From positions 2,987 through 66,986 of the forward strand of contig JAZODU010000023.1 in NCBI GenBank assembly GCA_045597145.1: 64,000 nucleotides of DNA, read 5' to 3'. The position numbers were made by a program, and so were the translations under genes. Of this stretch, positions 56,326 through 64,000 are shown one piece after another. This stretch comes from Eubacteriales bacterium. Its GTDB lineage: Bacteria; Bacillota; Clostridia; Oscillospirales; CAG-272. The notes below the pieces were generated by a model. That model made no database searches. It was not told where the DNA came from and was given only the letters and a program-made list of their open reading frames with translations. Every line of letters starts with the position of its first letter. Within the stretch, counting starts at the first letter, position 1.

Positions 56326-57660
56326 TTGTTCAAACGCTTCTTCACCGCGTCGCGCGCGATCGCCGTCAGCTTCGCGCTCCTGATCCTTTGCGGCGCAGGG
56401 CTTCTGATGCTTCCCATATCGTCCATATCTCGCCGCTTCACCCCCTTTGTTGACGCACTCTTCACTGCCGCCAGTGCCTCCTGCGTCACGGGACTTTCGG
56501 TCTACGACACGCTTTCCTATTGGTCGGTGTTCGGCAAATGCGTGATCCTTGCCCTGATCCAAATCGGCGGCATCGGCTGCATGACCGTGGTCGCACTGAT
56601 CGTGCGCAAGATCAGCGGCAAATTCAGCATGCGCGAGGAAGGAATGCTGATGCAGGCGGTGGGCGTGATCAACCGCCGTGACGTGCTCTCGCTCCTTCAA
56701 AAGGTCGTTACATTTACCTTGGTCGCGGAATCGATCGGTGCGCTGGCACTCTGTATTCGATGGAGCTTTTCACTGGGATTTCCGCGTGCACTCGGGACGG
56801 CACTCTTCACCTCGATCTCGGCATTCTGCAATGCAGGCTTCGATCTGTTCGGAGATCTCGGAGGTGGATCGTTGACCTATTTCGGAGCCGACCCATGGAC
56901 GCTCGGCATCATCAGTGCGCTGATCATTACGGGTGGACTTGGCTTTCTCGTCTGGAACGACCTGATCCAATGTCGCGGCAGATGGAAAAAGCTGCAATTC
57001 CACACCAAGGCGGTTCTGCTCGTCACGCTCTCACTCCTGACCCTCGGAACGGCGTTTTTCTATATTTCGGAGCGCAACGGTGCGTTTAGCGGCATGAGCA
57101 CACCGCGCACGATCCTTTCGTCCTTTTTCCAATCGGTCACCACGCGCACCGCAGGCTTTTACGCCTTCGAACAATCCTCGCTTTCCGCTGCAGGTGTGGT
57201 CGGCTCGCTCCTGCTCATGTGCATCGGCGGCAGCCCCGGCTCGACCGCGGGCGGCTTGAAAACCACCACGCTTCTGGTGGTCCTGCTCTCCGAGCTTGCC
57301 ACGGCGCGCCGCAAACCCGAGATCACACTCTTCCGTCGCCGCATCGACGAGGACACCGTGCGGCAGGCAAACGCGCTGGTCGTCATCTATCTCTCCCTGA
57401 TCCTGCTTGCCACCGTACTGATCTGCACCGTGGACACCGCATTCTCCTTCGAAGCGATCGTCTTTGAGGTCACGTCTGCCGTGGCAACGGTCGGTCTTTC
57501 CCTCGGCATCACCGCCGAGCTGGCGGCAATCTCCAAGATCGTTCTGATCCTGCTGATGTATATCGGACGCATCGGAGGGCTTACCTTCGTTTATATGCTA
57601 TCGGAAAAGCATTATCACACCCCCATCTCGCGCCCCGTGGGCGAAATTCTCATCGGATAG
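56326..57660 (+). CDS. TrkH/KtrB family potassium uptake protein (TTG start)
   Basis: 444 aa, multi-TM. CVTGL, AFCNAGF, TRTAGF and ATVGLSLG selectivity-filter-like repeats. GGAGA RBS lies 7 nt before the TTG. Confidence 0.85.
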   Translation: MFKRFFTASRAIAVSFALLILCGAGLLMLPISSISRRFTPFVDALFTAASASCVTGLSVYDTLSYWSVFGKCVILALIQIGGIGCMTVVALIVRKISGKFSMREEGMLMQAVGVINRRDVLSLLQKVVTFTLVAESIGALALCIRWSFSLGFPRALGTALFTSISAFCNAGFDLFGDLGGGSLTYFGADPWTLGIISALIITGGLGFLVWNDLIQCRGRWKKLQFHTKAVLLVTLSLLTLGTAFFYISERNGAFSGMSTPRTILSSFFQSVTTRTAGFYAFEQSSLSAAGVVGSLLLMCIGGSPGSTAGGLKTTTLLVVLLSELATARRKPEITLFRRRIDEDTVRQANALVVIYLSLILLATVLICTVDTAFSFEAIVFEVTSAVATVGLSLGITAELAAISKIVLILLMYIGRIGGLTFVYMLSEKHYHTPISRPVGEILIG

Positions 57661-57669
57661 GAGTTCATC

Positions 57670-58320
57670 ATGAAAACTGTATTGATTATCGGAATGGGCA
57701 AAACCGGTCTGCACCTGGCAACACGCATGCAAAAGCTCGGCAATGACGTTTATATTGTTGACAAGAATGAGGCGCGCATCAAGAGCCTTGACCGTGATTT
57801 TGCCGACGTCAAGATCTGCGATTGCACCAACCGCCGTGTGGTGGAGGCGTTGCACGTCAAGGGCTTTGACCATTGCTTCGTGATGATCGGAAGCGATTTT
57901 CAATCCTCGCTCGTCATCACCTCGCTCCTGAAGAGCTGCGGTGCCAAGCACGTCGTTGCCAAGGCGCGCGATGACATTCAGTACGATCTGCTCAAAAGGA
58001 TCGGTGCGGACGAGGTCGTCAAGCCCGAGGAGGAGGTTGCCGACCGTTTGGCGGTCTGCTACAACTCCAACAAGATCTTTGACTATATCCCCGTCAGCGA
58101 GGGCTACGCCTTCTACGAGATCAAGGCGCGGCGCGCGTGGGCAGGTAAATCCTTGCGCGCGCTCGACATTCGCCGCAAGCACAAGATCAACATCGTTGCC
58201 ATCAAGCGCGGCGAGACCCTCTTCCCCTCCCCCGACGCCGAGTTCGTGTTCGGCGAGGAGGATCACATCATCGTGCTCTGCACACAGGCGGAGCTGAGCA
58301 CGATCGCCAGAGGACGTTGA
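57670..58320 (+). CDS. TrkA/KtrA family potassium uptake protein (RCK domain)
   Basis: 216 aa. VLIIGMGKTGLHLA Rossmann motif and a C-terminal RCK_C-like domain. Confidence 0.85.
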   Translation: MKTVLIIGMGKTGLHLATRMQKLGNDVYIVDKNEARIKSLDRDFADVKICDCTNRRVVEALHVKGFDHCFVMIGSDFQSSLVITSLLKSCGAKHVVAKARDDIQYDLLKRIGADEVVKPEEEVADRLAVCYNSNKIFDYIPVSEGYAFYEIKARRAWAGKSLRALDIRRKHKINIVAIKRGETLFPSPDAEFVFGEEDHIIVLCTQAELSTIARGR

Positions 58321-58451
58321 CGGTTATTTGAAATGAACAAACGGCGGGAGTCAAGCTCCCGCCGTTTGCATTGATTTGCGTGCGCGCTCAATTTGCACGC
58401 GACACAAACAAATTGATTGCCTACGGTTTGTTACATTCATATAATTCGTTT

Positions 58452-58500
58452 CTAACGCCTCATCCACCAATCGACAAGCGATTGGTGGATGAGGCGTTAG
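58452..58500. repeat. family D hairpin (22-bp perfect stem)
   Basis: CTAACGCCTCATCCACCAATCG-acaag-CGATTGGTGGATGAGGCGTTAG. It shares its left arm with 49446-49475. Confidence 0.8.
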
Positions 58501-58610
58501 AAGCGCATAGCACGGCACAAAAATAGTACTGTCCTCCAACAGGGAGCGAAGCGGCGAAACGTCACAATGCTCTTCTCAAGAAGCTCCCCCCACGTCGCGT
58601 CCCCTTGTTA

Positions 58611-59486
58611 TCAATCAAACTTGGTAACGACCTGAAAATCATTCAGGTTTTCCTGCGCGACCGAAATGTGGTCGGTCTGATCCTCGTCCAAAAGCAGGCG
58701 CATATCGTACTGCCCCAGATAGAAGTTGGCGTCGGTCAGGGGAGCGGCGGACGTGCGCATATCCAGCGCAAAAAAGTCGCACACCTCGCCCATCGCACCG
58801 ATCAGCTCCCACGCGTCGGCGCGCTGTGCCACCGCCAAGGGAACCGCCACCCCCAAGGGGCGCTTGCCCATGACAGCCTTGACCGCCTTTAGGTAGGAAA
58901 CGATCTCGTCGGCAGTCACCGCGTCAAACGGAATATCGCACAGCAGAACCTCGTGCCCGCCCGCCTGCACAAACTCGCGCAGGACCGCGCAATCCACGCC
59001 CGTTTTGGCATAGAGCAGATCTGCGTCGGTCGTGCCGAACGCCTGCGGATGATATACGCCGCTGACGTACGTTGCCGCCGTGAGCAGATCACTCATGCTG
59101 CCGTCAAACGGATCGTCGTCATGCAGCGGAATCCCGAAATAATCGATCACGTCGGACGTGTAAACCGATTTCCCGTCAGACGTGTTGAGCGTAAAGGATA
59201 CCGCAGGCAGCTCCAGCACGTCGTACAGCGAGTCACCGATCTCGTACGAGTAGGCGTGCACGTCGGGTGCCGTTGCCCGAAAGAGCGGCTCCTCCTGCTT
59301 TTGCGGCTTTCCGTCGCCCTCGCGCAGGCGGCGGTACGCCTCGTCGTCCAGCCAGAGCTTGAGGAGATTTCCGATGATCACGGTGATCAGGAGCGCGGCA
59401 CCCACACAGATCAGCAGGATCGCCCACAGCGGTATTTTTTTGTTTCCCGCACTGCGGGAGCGATATCTGCGTCGGAAGCGTCGCAT
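58611..59486 (-). CDS. hypothetical membrane-anchored protein
   Basis: 291 aa. Basic N-terminus, one TM helix (LWAILLICVGAALLITVIIG), then a soluble domain. I do not recognise the family. Confidence 0.6.
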   Translation of the reverse strand: MRRFRRRYRSRSAGNKKIPLWAILLICVGAALLITVIIGNLLKLWLDDEAYRRLREGDGKPQKQEEPLFRATAPDVHAYSYEIGDSLYDVLELPAVSFTLNTSDGKSVYTSDVIDYFGIPLHDDDPFDGSMSDLLTAATYVSGVYHPQAFGTTDADLLYAKTGVDCAVLREFVQAGGHEVLLCDIPFDAVTADEIVSYLKAVKAVMGKRPLGVAVPLAVAQRADAWELIGAMGEVCDFFALDMRTSAAPLTDANFYLGQYDMRLLLDEDQTDHISVAQENLNDFQVVTKFD

Positions 59487-59520
59487 ACCGTCCTCCTTTC
59501 CGTTACGTCACGAAAGCGCG

Positions 59521-60534
59521 TTACTTGATCTCCAACAGATCAATGCCCTTTCCGTATTTCGTCATTTCAATCTTCAGGGTCTTCTTGACCTCAACCACCT
59601 TTTCGGCAACCACGCCCCACTGGTAAACGGAGAGCAGATTGGTCAGATTCGCCGCCAGATCTCCCTCGGATTCGTCCATCAGCATCAGCACGTAGAAGTT
59701 TCCGCCCGCCTCGACCACGGGGCTGATGTCACCCACGTTCTCCAGTGCGATCGCCGCATCGACCAGCGCGTCGTCATAGGCATGACGCACGATGAAGTAG
59801 GGCGTGACGTTGGTCAGATCGTCGTTCATGTTGTTGATATACCACTCCATGTCGTGCAAGCCGTTTTTCAAGCCGTCGTATACGGATTGCGCCCAGTCGC
59901 GCTCGACCTCGGCGTCCTCACCCTCGCTCACCTCGCGCAAAACGTGCTGTACGTACGCGCAGTTGCCGTCGGTCAGCCACTCGTGGAAGGCATCCTCGTC
60001 GTCAATAAACTCGCCGGCACCCGACATAGCGCGATACAGTCGCACCTTCATCTCCTCAATGGCAAAATGGAAGCGGAACACGTCCTCGGTCATGTAGGAA
60101 TCGGCAAGTGCCTGCTCGTATTCAAGATAGGAATCGTAGGTCGCCTTGAGCGCGTCCATCTGCGCGTCCACCGCCTTTTTGATCTCCTTGCCGTCAAACA
60201 CGTCGCGTCCGATGCCGTATTCGGCGCACGCCATCAGCACCGCGTAGTTGTCGCTGATCAAATCCCACACCTTTTCTTCAAGCAGGGGCTTGTACTGTGC
60301 GGCAGTCTTGGGATCGTCCCAGATCGTGCCGTTTTCGTCGTTCTTGTCACCATAGGTGCGCTCCAGCTCGTCCTTGAAATTAAGCGTCACGAAGCGCAGG
60401 TATTCGTAATAGATATCGTACTCGCCGCAGGTCGCAACCACCTTTTTGTTTTGGCAGCTCGCACAGCTCATAAAGGGAAGCACAAACAAGCACACGGCAA
60501 GACAGATCGCCACGGCTCTGCTTTTTCTCGACAT
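59521..60534 (-). CDS. putative lipoprotein, SurA/PrsA-N-terminal-like chaperone domain
   Basis: ORF 59521..60576. The start is ATG 60534. The signal peptide has a lipobox-like LPFMSCAS. The rest is helical and acidic. Family assignment is weak. Confidence 0.55.
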   Translation of the reverse strand: MSRKSRAVAICLAVCLFVLPFMSCASCQNKKVVATCGEYDIYYEYLRFVTLNFKDELERTYGDKNDENGTIWDDPKTAAQYKPLLEEKVWDLISDNYAVLMACAEYGIGRDVFDGKEIKKAVDAQMDALKATYDSYLEYEQALADSYMTEDVFRFHFAIEEMKVRLYRAMSGAGEFIDDEDAFHEWLTDGNCAYVQHVLREVSEGEDAEVERDWAQSVYDGLKNGLHDMEWYINNMNDDLTNVTPYFIVRHAYDDALVDAAIALENVGDISPVVEAGGNFYVLMLMDESEGDLAANLTNLLSVYQWGVVAEKVVEVKKTLKIEMTKYGKGIDLLEIK

Positions 60535-60708
60535 AATTTTCCTATCCTCCAAGCGATTATTTCTTTCATTATACAAGATACTTATGTATTTTTTGTGAAT
60601 ATACGCGAAAAAGCGGACGAAATTTTGAAAAATGGGTTCCCTTTCTCAAAAAATTATGTTACAATAAATATAAATCTTACACACAGATCGAAAGGAGACG
60701 ACGCGCCC

Positions 60709-61647
60709 ATGAAACGGATCTACAAGGTGCCGCTTACGAAAATCGTTGAGGACTTCCATCTGGAGGTCATCGTCCGCCCCGATAATTTTGAGGAGATTCA
60801 GATCACCTCCCCCGAGGTCAACCGCCCGGGTCTGGCTCTGGCGGGCTTTTACGAGATCTTTGAAGCCGAGCGCATTCAGCTGATCGGTAAGGCGGAAACG
60901 CACTACCTGCAGTCGCTCGTGCCCAGCACCAAGCGCGTGATGCTCCAGAAATTCGTCGATGCGCGCCCCGTGGCGATCATCTATACGACGGATCTGCCCG
61001 TGGACGACGCGGTGATCGAGCGAGCAGGTGCCGTCGGCGTGCCGGTTCTGCGCACGGCGGTCAAAACCAGCCAGCTCATGGCAAGCCTGATCTCCTCGCT
61101 CAACATCTATTTAGCCCCCCGCATCACCCGTCACGGCGGTCTTGTCGAGGTCTACGGCGAGGGTATGCTGCTCCTTGGCGACAGCGGCGTCGGCAAAAGT
61201 GAAACCACGATCGAGCTGATCAAGCGCGGACACCGCCTGATCGCAGACGACGCGGTGGAGATCAAGCGCGTGTCCGACAAAACGCTGGTCGGCTCCGCTC
61301 CCGACCTGATCCGCCACTACGTGGAGCTGCGCGGCATCGGCATCGTGGACGTGCGCCGCCTGTTCGGTATGGGCGCGGTCAAGGAGACCGAAAAGATCGA
61401 CCTCGTCATTCAGCTGGAAAACTGGGTCGAGGGAAAGATGTACGACCGCCTTGGCATGGACGAGGAGAAGATCAACATTCTCGGCATCGACGTCCCCTCC
61501 ATCACCGTTCCCGTCCGCCCCGGACGAAACCTTGCGATCATTCTTGAGGTGGCGGCAATGAACTACCGCCAGAAGCGCATGGGCTACAACACCGCCGAGG
61601 AATTCAACAAACGCATGATGCGCCAGATGGGCGTTGACGAGCTCTGA
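60709..61647 (+). CDS. hprK: HPr(Ser) kinase/phosphorylase
   Basis: This is the 3' third of ORF 59359..61647. The start is ATG 60709 (AAAGGAGA upstream). GDSGVGKSETTIELIKRGHRLIADD (P-loop) and VELRGIGIVDV. Confidence 0.9.
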   Translation: MKRIYKVPLTKIVEDFHLEVIVRPDNFEEIQITSPEVNRPGLALAGFYEIFEAERIQLIGKAETHYLQSLVPSTKRVMLQKFVDARPVAIIYTTDLPVDDAVIERAGAVGVPVLRTAVKTSQLMASLISSLNIYLAPRITRHGGLVEVYGEGMLLLGDSGVGKSETTIELIKRGHRLIADDAVEIKRVSDKTLVGSAPDLIRHYVELRGIGIVDVRRLFGMGAVKETEKIDLVIQLENWVEGKMYDRLGMDEEKINILGIDVPSITVPVRPGRNLAIILEVAAMNYRQKRMGYNTAEEFNKRMMRQMGVDEL

Positions 61648-61673
61648 TCGGTTTCTTTACGAAAGGTTGCAAA

Positions 61674-63197
61674 ATGGAAGACAAGACCATCAAGGAAGAA
61701 CAGAATAAAGCGGTGGCAGACCCCGAGCTTTTGCGCCACAGCGAGATCCGAAACGGCAGATTTATCCGCTATTACGGCAAGAAATCCGAGATCGTGATCC
61801 CCGACGGGGTCAGCGCGATCGCGGAGGAGGCGTTTGCGGGAAATCCGCATCTGACGCGCGTGACCGTCGGCCCCCGCGTCACCGTGATCCACCCGCGCGC
61901 CTTCCGCGGCTGCGTCAATCTGCGCCAGATCAGCTTTTCGTCTGGTCTGCGCGAGATCGGCGAGGAGGCATTTGAGGGGTGCACGTCGCTCTCCTCCCTG
62001 CTCCTGCCCCGCACCGTGCTCTCGCTCGACGATGCCGCATTCCGCGGCTGTACGGCTCTGCACCACGTGGTGCTCTCCGCCAGCATCAACCACCTCGGTC
62101 GCTTCGTATTCAGCGATTGCGAGGCGCTTGTGGAGATCACGCTGCCCGACGCCATCACCGCCATTCATCGCGGCACGTTCTTTAACTGCCGCTCGCTCAA
62201 GCAGATCACCGTCCCCGACGGCGTGCGCGCGATCGGTCGCTACGCCTTTGCGCGCTGCTCCTCGCTGGAAACGGCAAATCTGCCCGCCAACACACAATAT
62301 ATCGGAATCGGTACGTTCAGCGAATGTACGCACCTGACCTCCATCTCTCTCCCCTCCGCCATCCGCTTCATCGGTGACTACACCTTTTCCTGCTGTGAAA
62401 GTCTGGAAGCACTGGAGCTGCCGAGCTTTCTGAACTACATCGGAAACGCGGCGTTCTGCGCCTGCAAAAGCCTGAAAAGCATTCAGCTCCCCGAGCGCAT
62501 CACGCGTATCGGTCACTCCGCTTTTCTGGGCTGTGCCTCTCTGGAATCGATCACGATCCCGCAGGACGTAGAGGACATCGCGGGGCGCGCGTTCGCCTAC
62601 TGCGCGGCACTGCGCCACGTGGAATACAAGGCGTCCCTGACCGAGATCGAGGACGCGATGTTCACGGGCTGCTTTGCGCTCGAGGAGATCCGTATTCCCC
62701 AAACCGTTGAAAAGATCGAGCGGAACGCCTTTGCGGACTGTCTGTCGCTCAGATCGGTCACCTTCTCGCAAAAGCTCTCGCTGATCGAGCATCGGGCGTT
62801 TGCGGGCTGTATCAAGTTGGAGGCGATCAGCCTCCCCTCCTCGCTCAAGCGGATCGAGCACGGGGCGTTTGCGCGTTGCACCGCGCTGGAAACCGTGATC
62901 CTGCCCGACGCGCGCGTCAAAATGGAAAAGGGCATCTTTGCGGATTGCGCCGCTCTGGAAACGCTTGTGATCTCCGAGGGGGAAACCTTCCTGCGCGCAC
63001 GCCGTGCGCATCTGGGCATTCCCGCCGACACGCAGATCGTCACGCACGCAGAGCTGTTGCGCGCGGCGCATCTTGCCGAGCTGGCAGATCCCGCGACCGA
63101 CGAGGAGCGAAAAGCCGAGCTGCGCGCGCTGCTGTGGCCGGATAAAGCAACACGTGTTGCAACGAAAGACGACGGCAAGGAAGAAAAAACGCAATGA
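61674..63197 (+). CDS. leucine-rich repeat protein (BspA-type, about 23-aa repeats), no signal peptide
   Basis: 507 aa with about 17 repeats of the form I.IP..V..IG..AF..C..L. The N-terminus has no hydrophobic leader. Confidence 0.8.
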   Translation: MEDKTIKEEQNKAVADPELLRHSEIRNGRFIRYYGKKSEIVIPDGVSAIAEEAFAGNPHLTRVTVGPRVTVIHPRAFRGCVNLRQISFSSGLREIGEEAFEGCTSLSSLLLPRTVLSLDDAAFRGCTALHHVVLSASINHLGRFVFSDCEALVEITLPDAITAIHRGTFFNCRSLKQITVPDGVRAIGRYAFARCSSLETANLPANTQYIGIGTFSECTHLTSISLPSAIRFIGDYTFSCCESLEALELPSFLNYIGNAAFCACKSLKSIQLPERITRIGHSAFLGCASLESITIPQDVEDIAGRAFAYCAALRHVEYKASLTEIEDAMFTGCFALEEIRIPQTVEKIERNAFADCLSLRSVTFSQKLSLIEHRAFAGCIKLEAISLPSSLKRIEHGAFARCTALETVILPDARVKMEKGIFADCAALETLVISEGETFLRARRAHLGIPADTQIVTHAELLRAAHLAELADPATDEERKAELRALLWPDKATRVATKDDGKEEKTQ

Positions 63198-63634
63198 AGC
63201 ACGTAGATATTTACACGGACGGTGCCTGCCGCGGCAACCCCGGGCACGGCGGCTGGGGCGCGGTGCTGGTCTACAATGGCATCGAACGCGAGCTGTCGGG
63301 CGGCGAAGAGACCACCACCAACAACCGCATGGAGCTGACCGCCGCCATCGCCGCACTCTCAGCACTCAAGGAGCCCTGTGAGGTCACGCTGACCTCGGAT
63401 TCCAAATATCTGGTCGACGCCATCACGCAAGGCTGGGCACTCTCCTGGCGCGCGCGCGGCTGGAAAAAGGCAGACCGCTCCCCCGCCCTGAACGTCGATC
63501 TCTGGGAGCAGCTCCTCGCGCTCCTGGAACGCCACCGCGTCACCTTCGTCTGGGTCAAGGGCCACGACGGACACCCCTACAACGAGCGTTGCGACAAGCT
63601 CGCAACTGCTTTTGCCGATGGGGTCGGGAATTAA
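63194..63634 (+). CDS. rnhA: ribonuclease HI
   Basis: 146 aa. [28 protein letters not shown] and [15 protein letters not shown] motifs. The start overlaps the upstream stop (ATGA). Confidence 0.9.
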   Translation: MKHVDIYTDGACRGNPGHGGWGAVLVYNGIERELSGGEETTTNNRMELTAAIAALSALKEPCEVTLTSDSKYLVDAITQGWALSWRARGWKKADRSPALNVDLWEQLLALLERHRVTFVWVKGHDGHPYNERCDKLATAFADGVGN

Positions 63635-63728
63635 AAGACTTTACGGTGGAGACGCTTTTTGAGCAAAGCATCGTGGCGTTCCGCCGCTGCGAGAGTTGTT
63701 GCAAGCGAAAAAGCTCCGTTTCCCCATA

Positions 63729-63763
63729 CCCCTTTCAAAAATTTTCACCGCATGGGTAGCCAC
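63729..63763 (+). repeat. family B repeat
   Basis: CCCCTTTCAAAAATTTTCACCGCATGGGTAGCCAC. Confidence 0.7.
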
Positions 63764-63805
63764 CAAAGGGCGCGCGATTGAGCGCGCCCTTTTTGCGTGC
63801 CGCGC

Positions 63806-63885
63806 GGGGGAGAGCCTAACGTAGCCTCCCACTCTGGGGGAGGTGGCATTTGACGCTTGCGGCAAATGACGGAGAGGGCTTGTTC
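63806..63885 (+). repeat. family C repeat
   Basis: GGGGGAGAGCCTAACGTAGCCTCCCACTCTGGGGGAGGTGGCATTTGACGCTTGCGGCAAATGACGGAGAGGGCTTGTTCG. Confidence 0.7.
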
Positions 63886-64000
63886 GGCAGATGCAAATTG
63901 CCCGTTCCCGTCGGTTTGTTTGCGCCGCGTATGCGCGGCACGGCATACTTCTTTGATGTTTTAGGCAACACACTTCCCTCCCTTCCCTCCCTTTTTCAAA

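Noticed and set aside
59359-60708. 5' two-thirds of the 762-aa ORF 59359..61647
   Set aside because: Only the last ~312 codons (from ATG 60709, which has its own RBS) are HPr kinase. The upstream part is antisense to two credible minus-strand genes and has shadow-ORF composition.
61584-63365. 593-aa minus-strand ORF
   Set aside because: It is antisense to the leucine-rich-repeat gene. It is Arg/Gly/Ala-rich and mirrors the periodicity of the sense gene.

Overview
This is a 64-kb chromosomal segment of a high-GC organism (about 60% by eye, not computed). It looks like a Clostridia-type Firmicute. That is an inference from the gene order yicC-remA-gmk-rpoZ-priA, the protein styles, and near-consensus sigma-A promoters.

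Gene content: about 60 protein genes, mostly housekeeping.
- A complete same-strand arginine cluster, argG-argH-argC-argJ-argB-argD-argF.
- Type III glutamine synthetase, efp, hpt, queA, dapA, a class I lysyl-tRNA synthetase, dut, hprK, rnhA and a Trk/Ktr potassium uptake pair.
- A flavodiiron-protein plus rubredoxin pair and a ZIP metal transporter.
- Several glycoside hydrolases (GH29, GH43, GH5-like, GH78-like).
- One tRNA-Gln(CTG).
- I found no rRNA, CRISPR array, integrase, transposase or prophage genes.

Accessory DNA is limited to three AT-rich islets:
- a type II restriction-modification pair (SPPY methyltransferase plus NotI-like nuclease) next to tRNA-Gln;
- a three-gene RelE/ParE toxin cassette between an rRNA methyltransferase gene and queA;
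- an XRE regulator divergent from an unknown membrane protein.

Most unusual observations:
- efp carries an in-frame TAA at a conserved aromatic position.
- A two-frame remnant of a glycyl-radical-enzyme C-terminus sits in front of an otherwise orphan activase.
- A 3-kb cluster of decayed or chimeric genes lies just upstream of tRNA-Gln.
- At least five families of intergenic repeats are present, including a stop-codon-proximal palindrome family with covarying stems and a MITE-like element with a dyad array of GCGATAT heptamers.

I did not find a convincing novel multi-gene system. The items listed are follow-up candidates only. Several frameshifts lie in short homopolymers, so sequencing or assembly error must be excluded before calling them pseudogenes. 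All calls rest on reading the ORF translations and sequence by eye; no searches were run.
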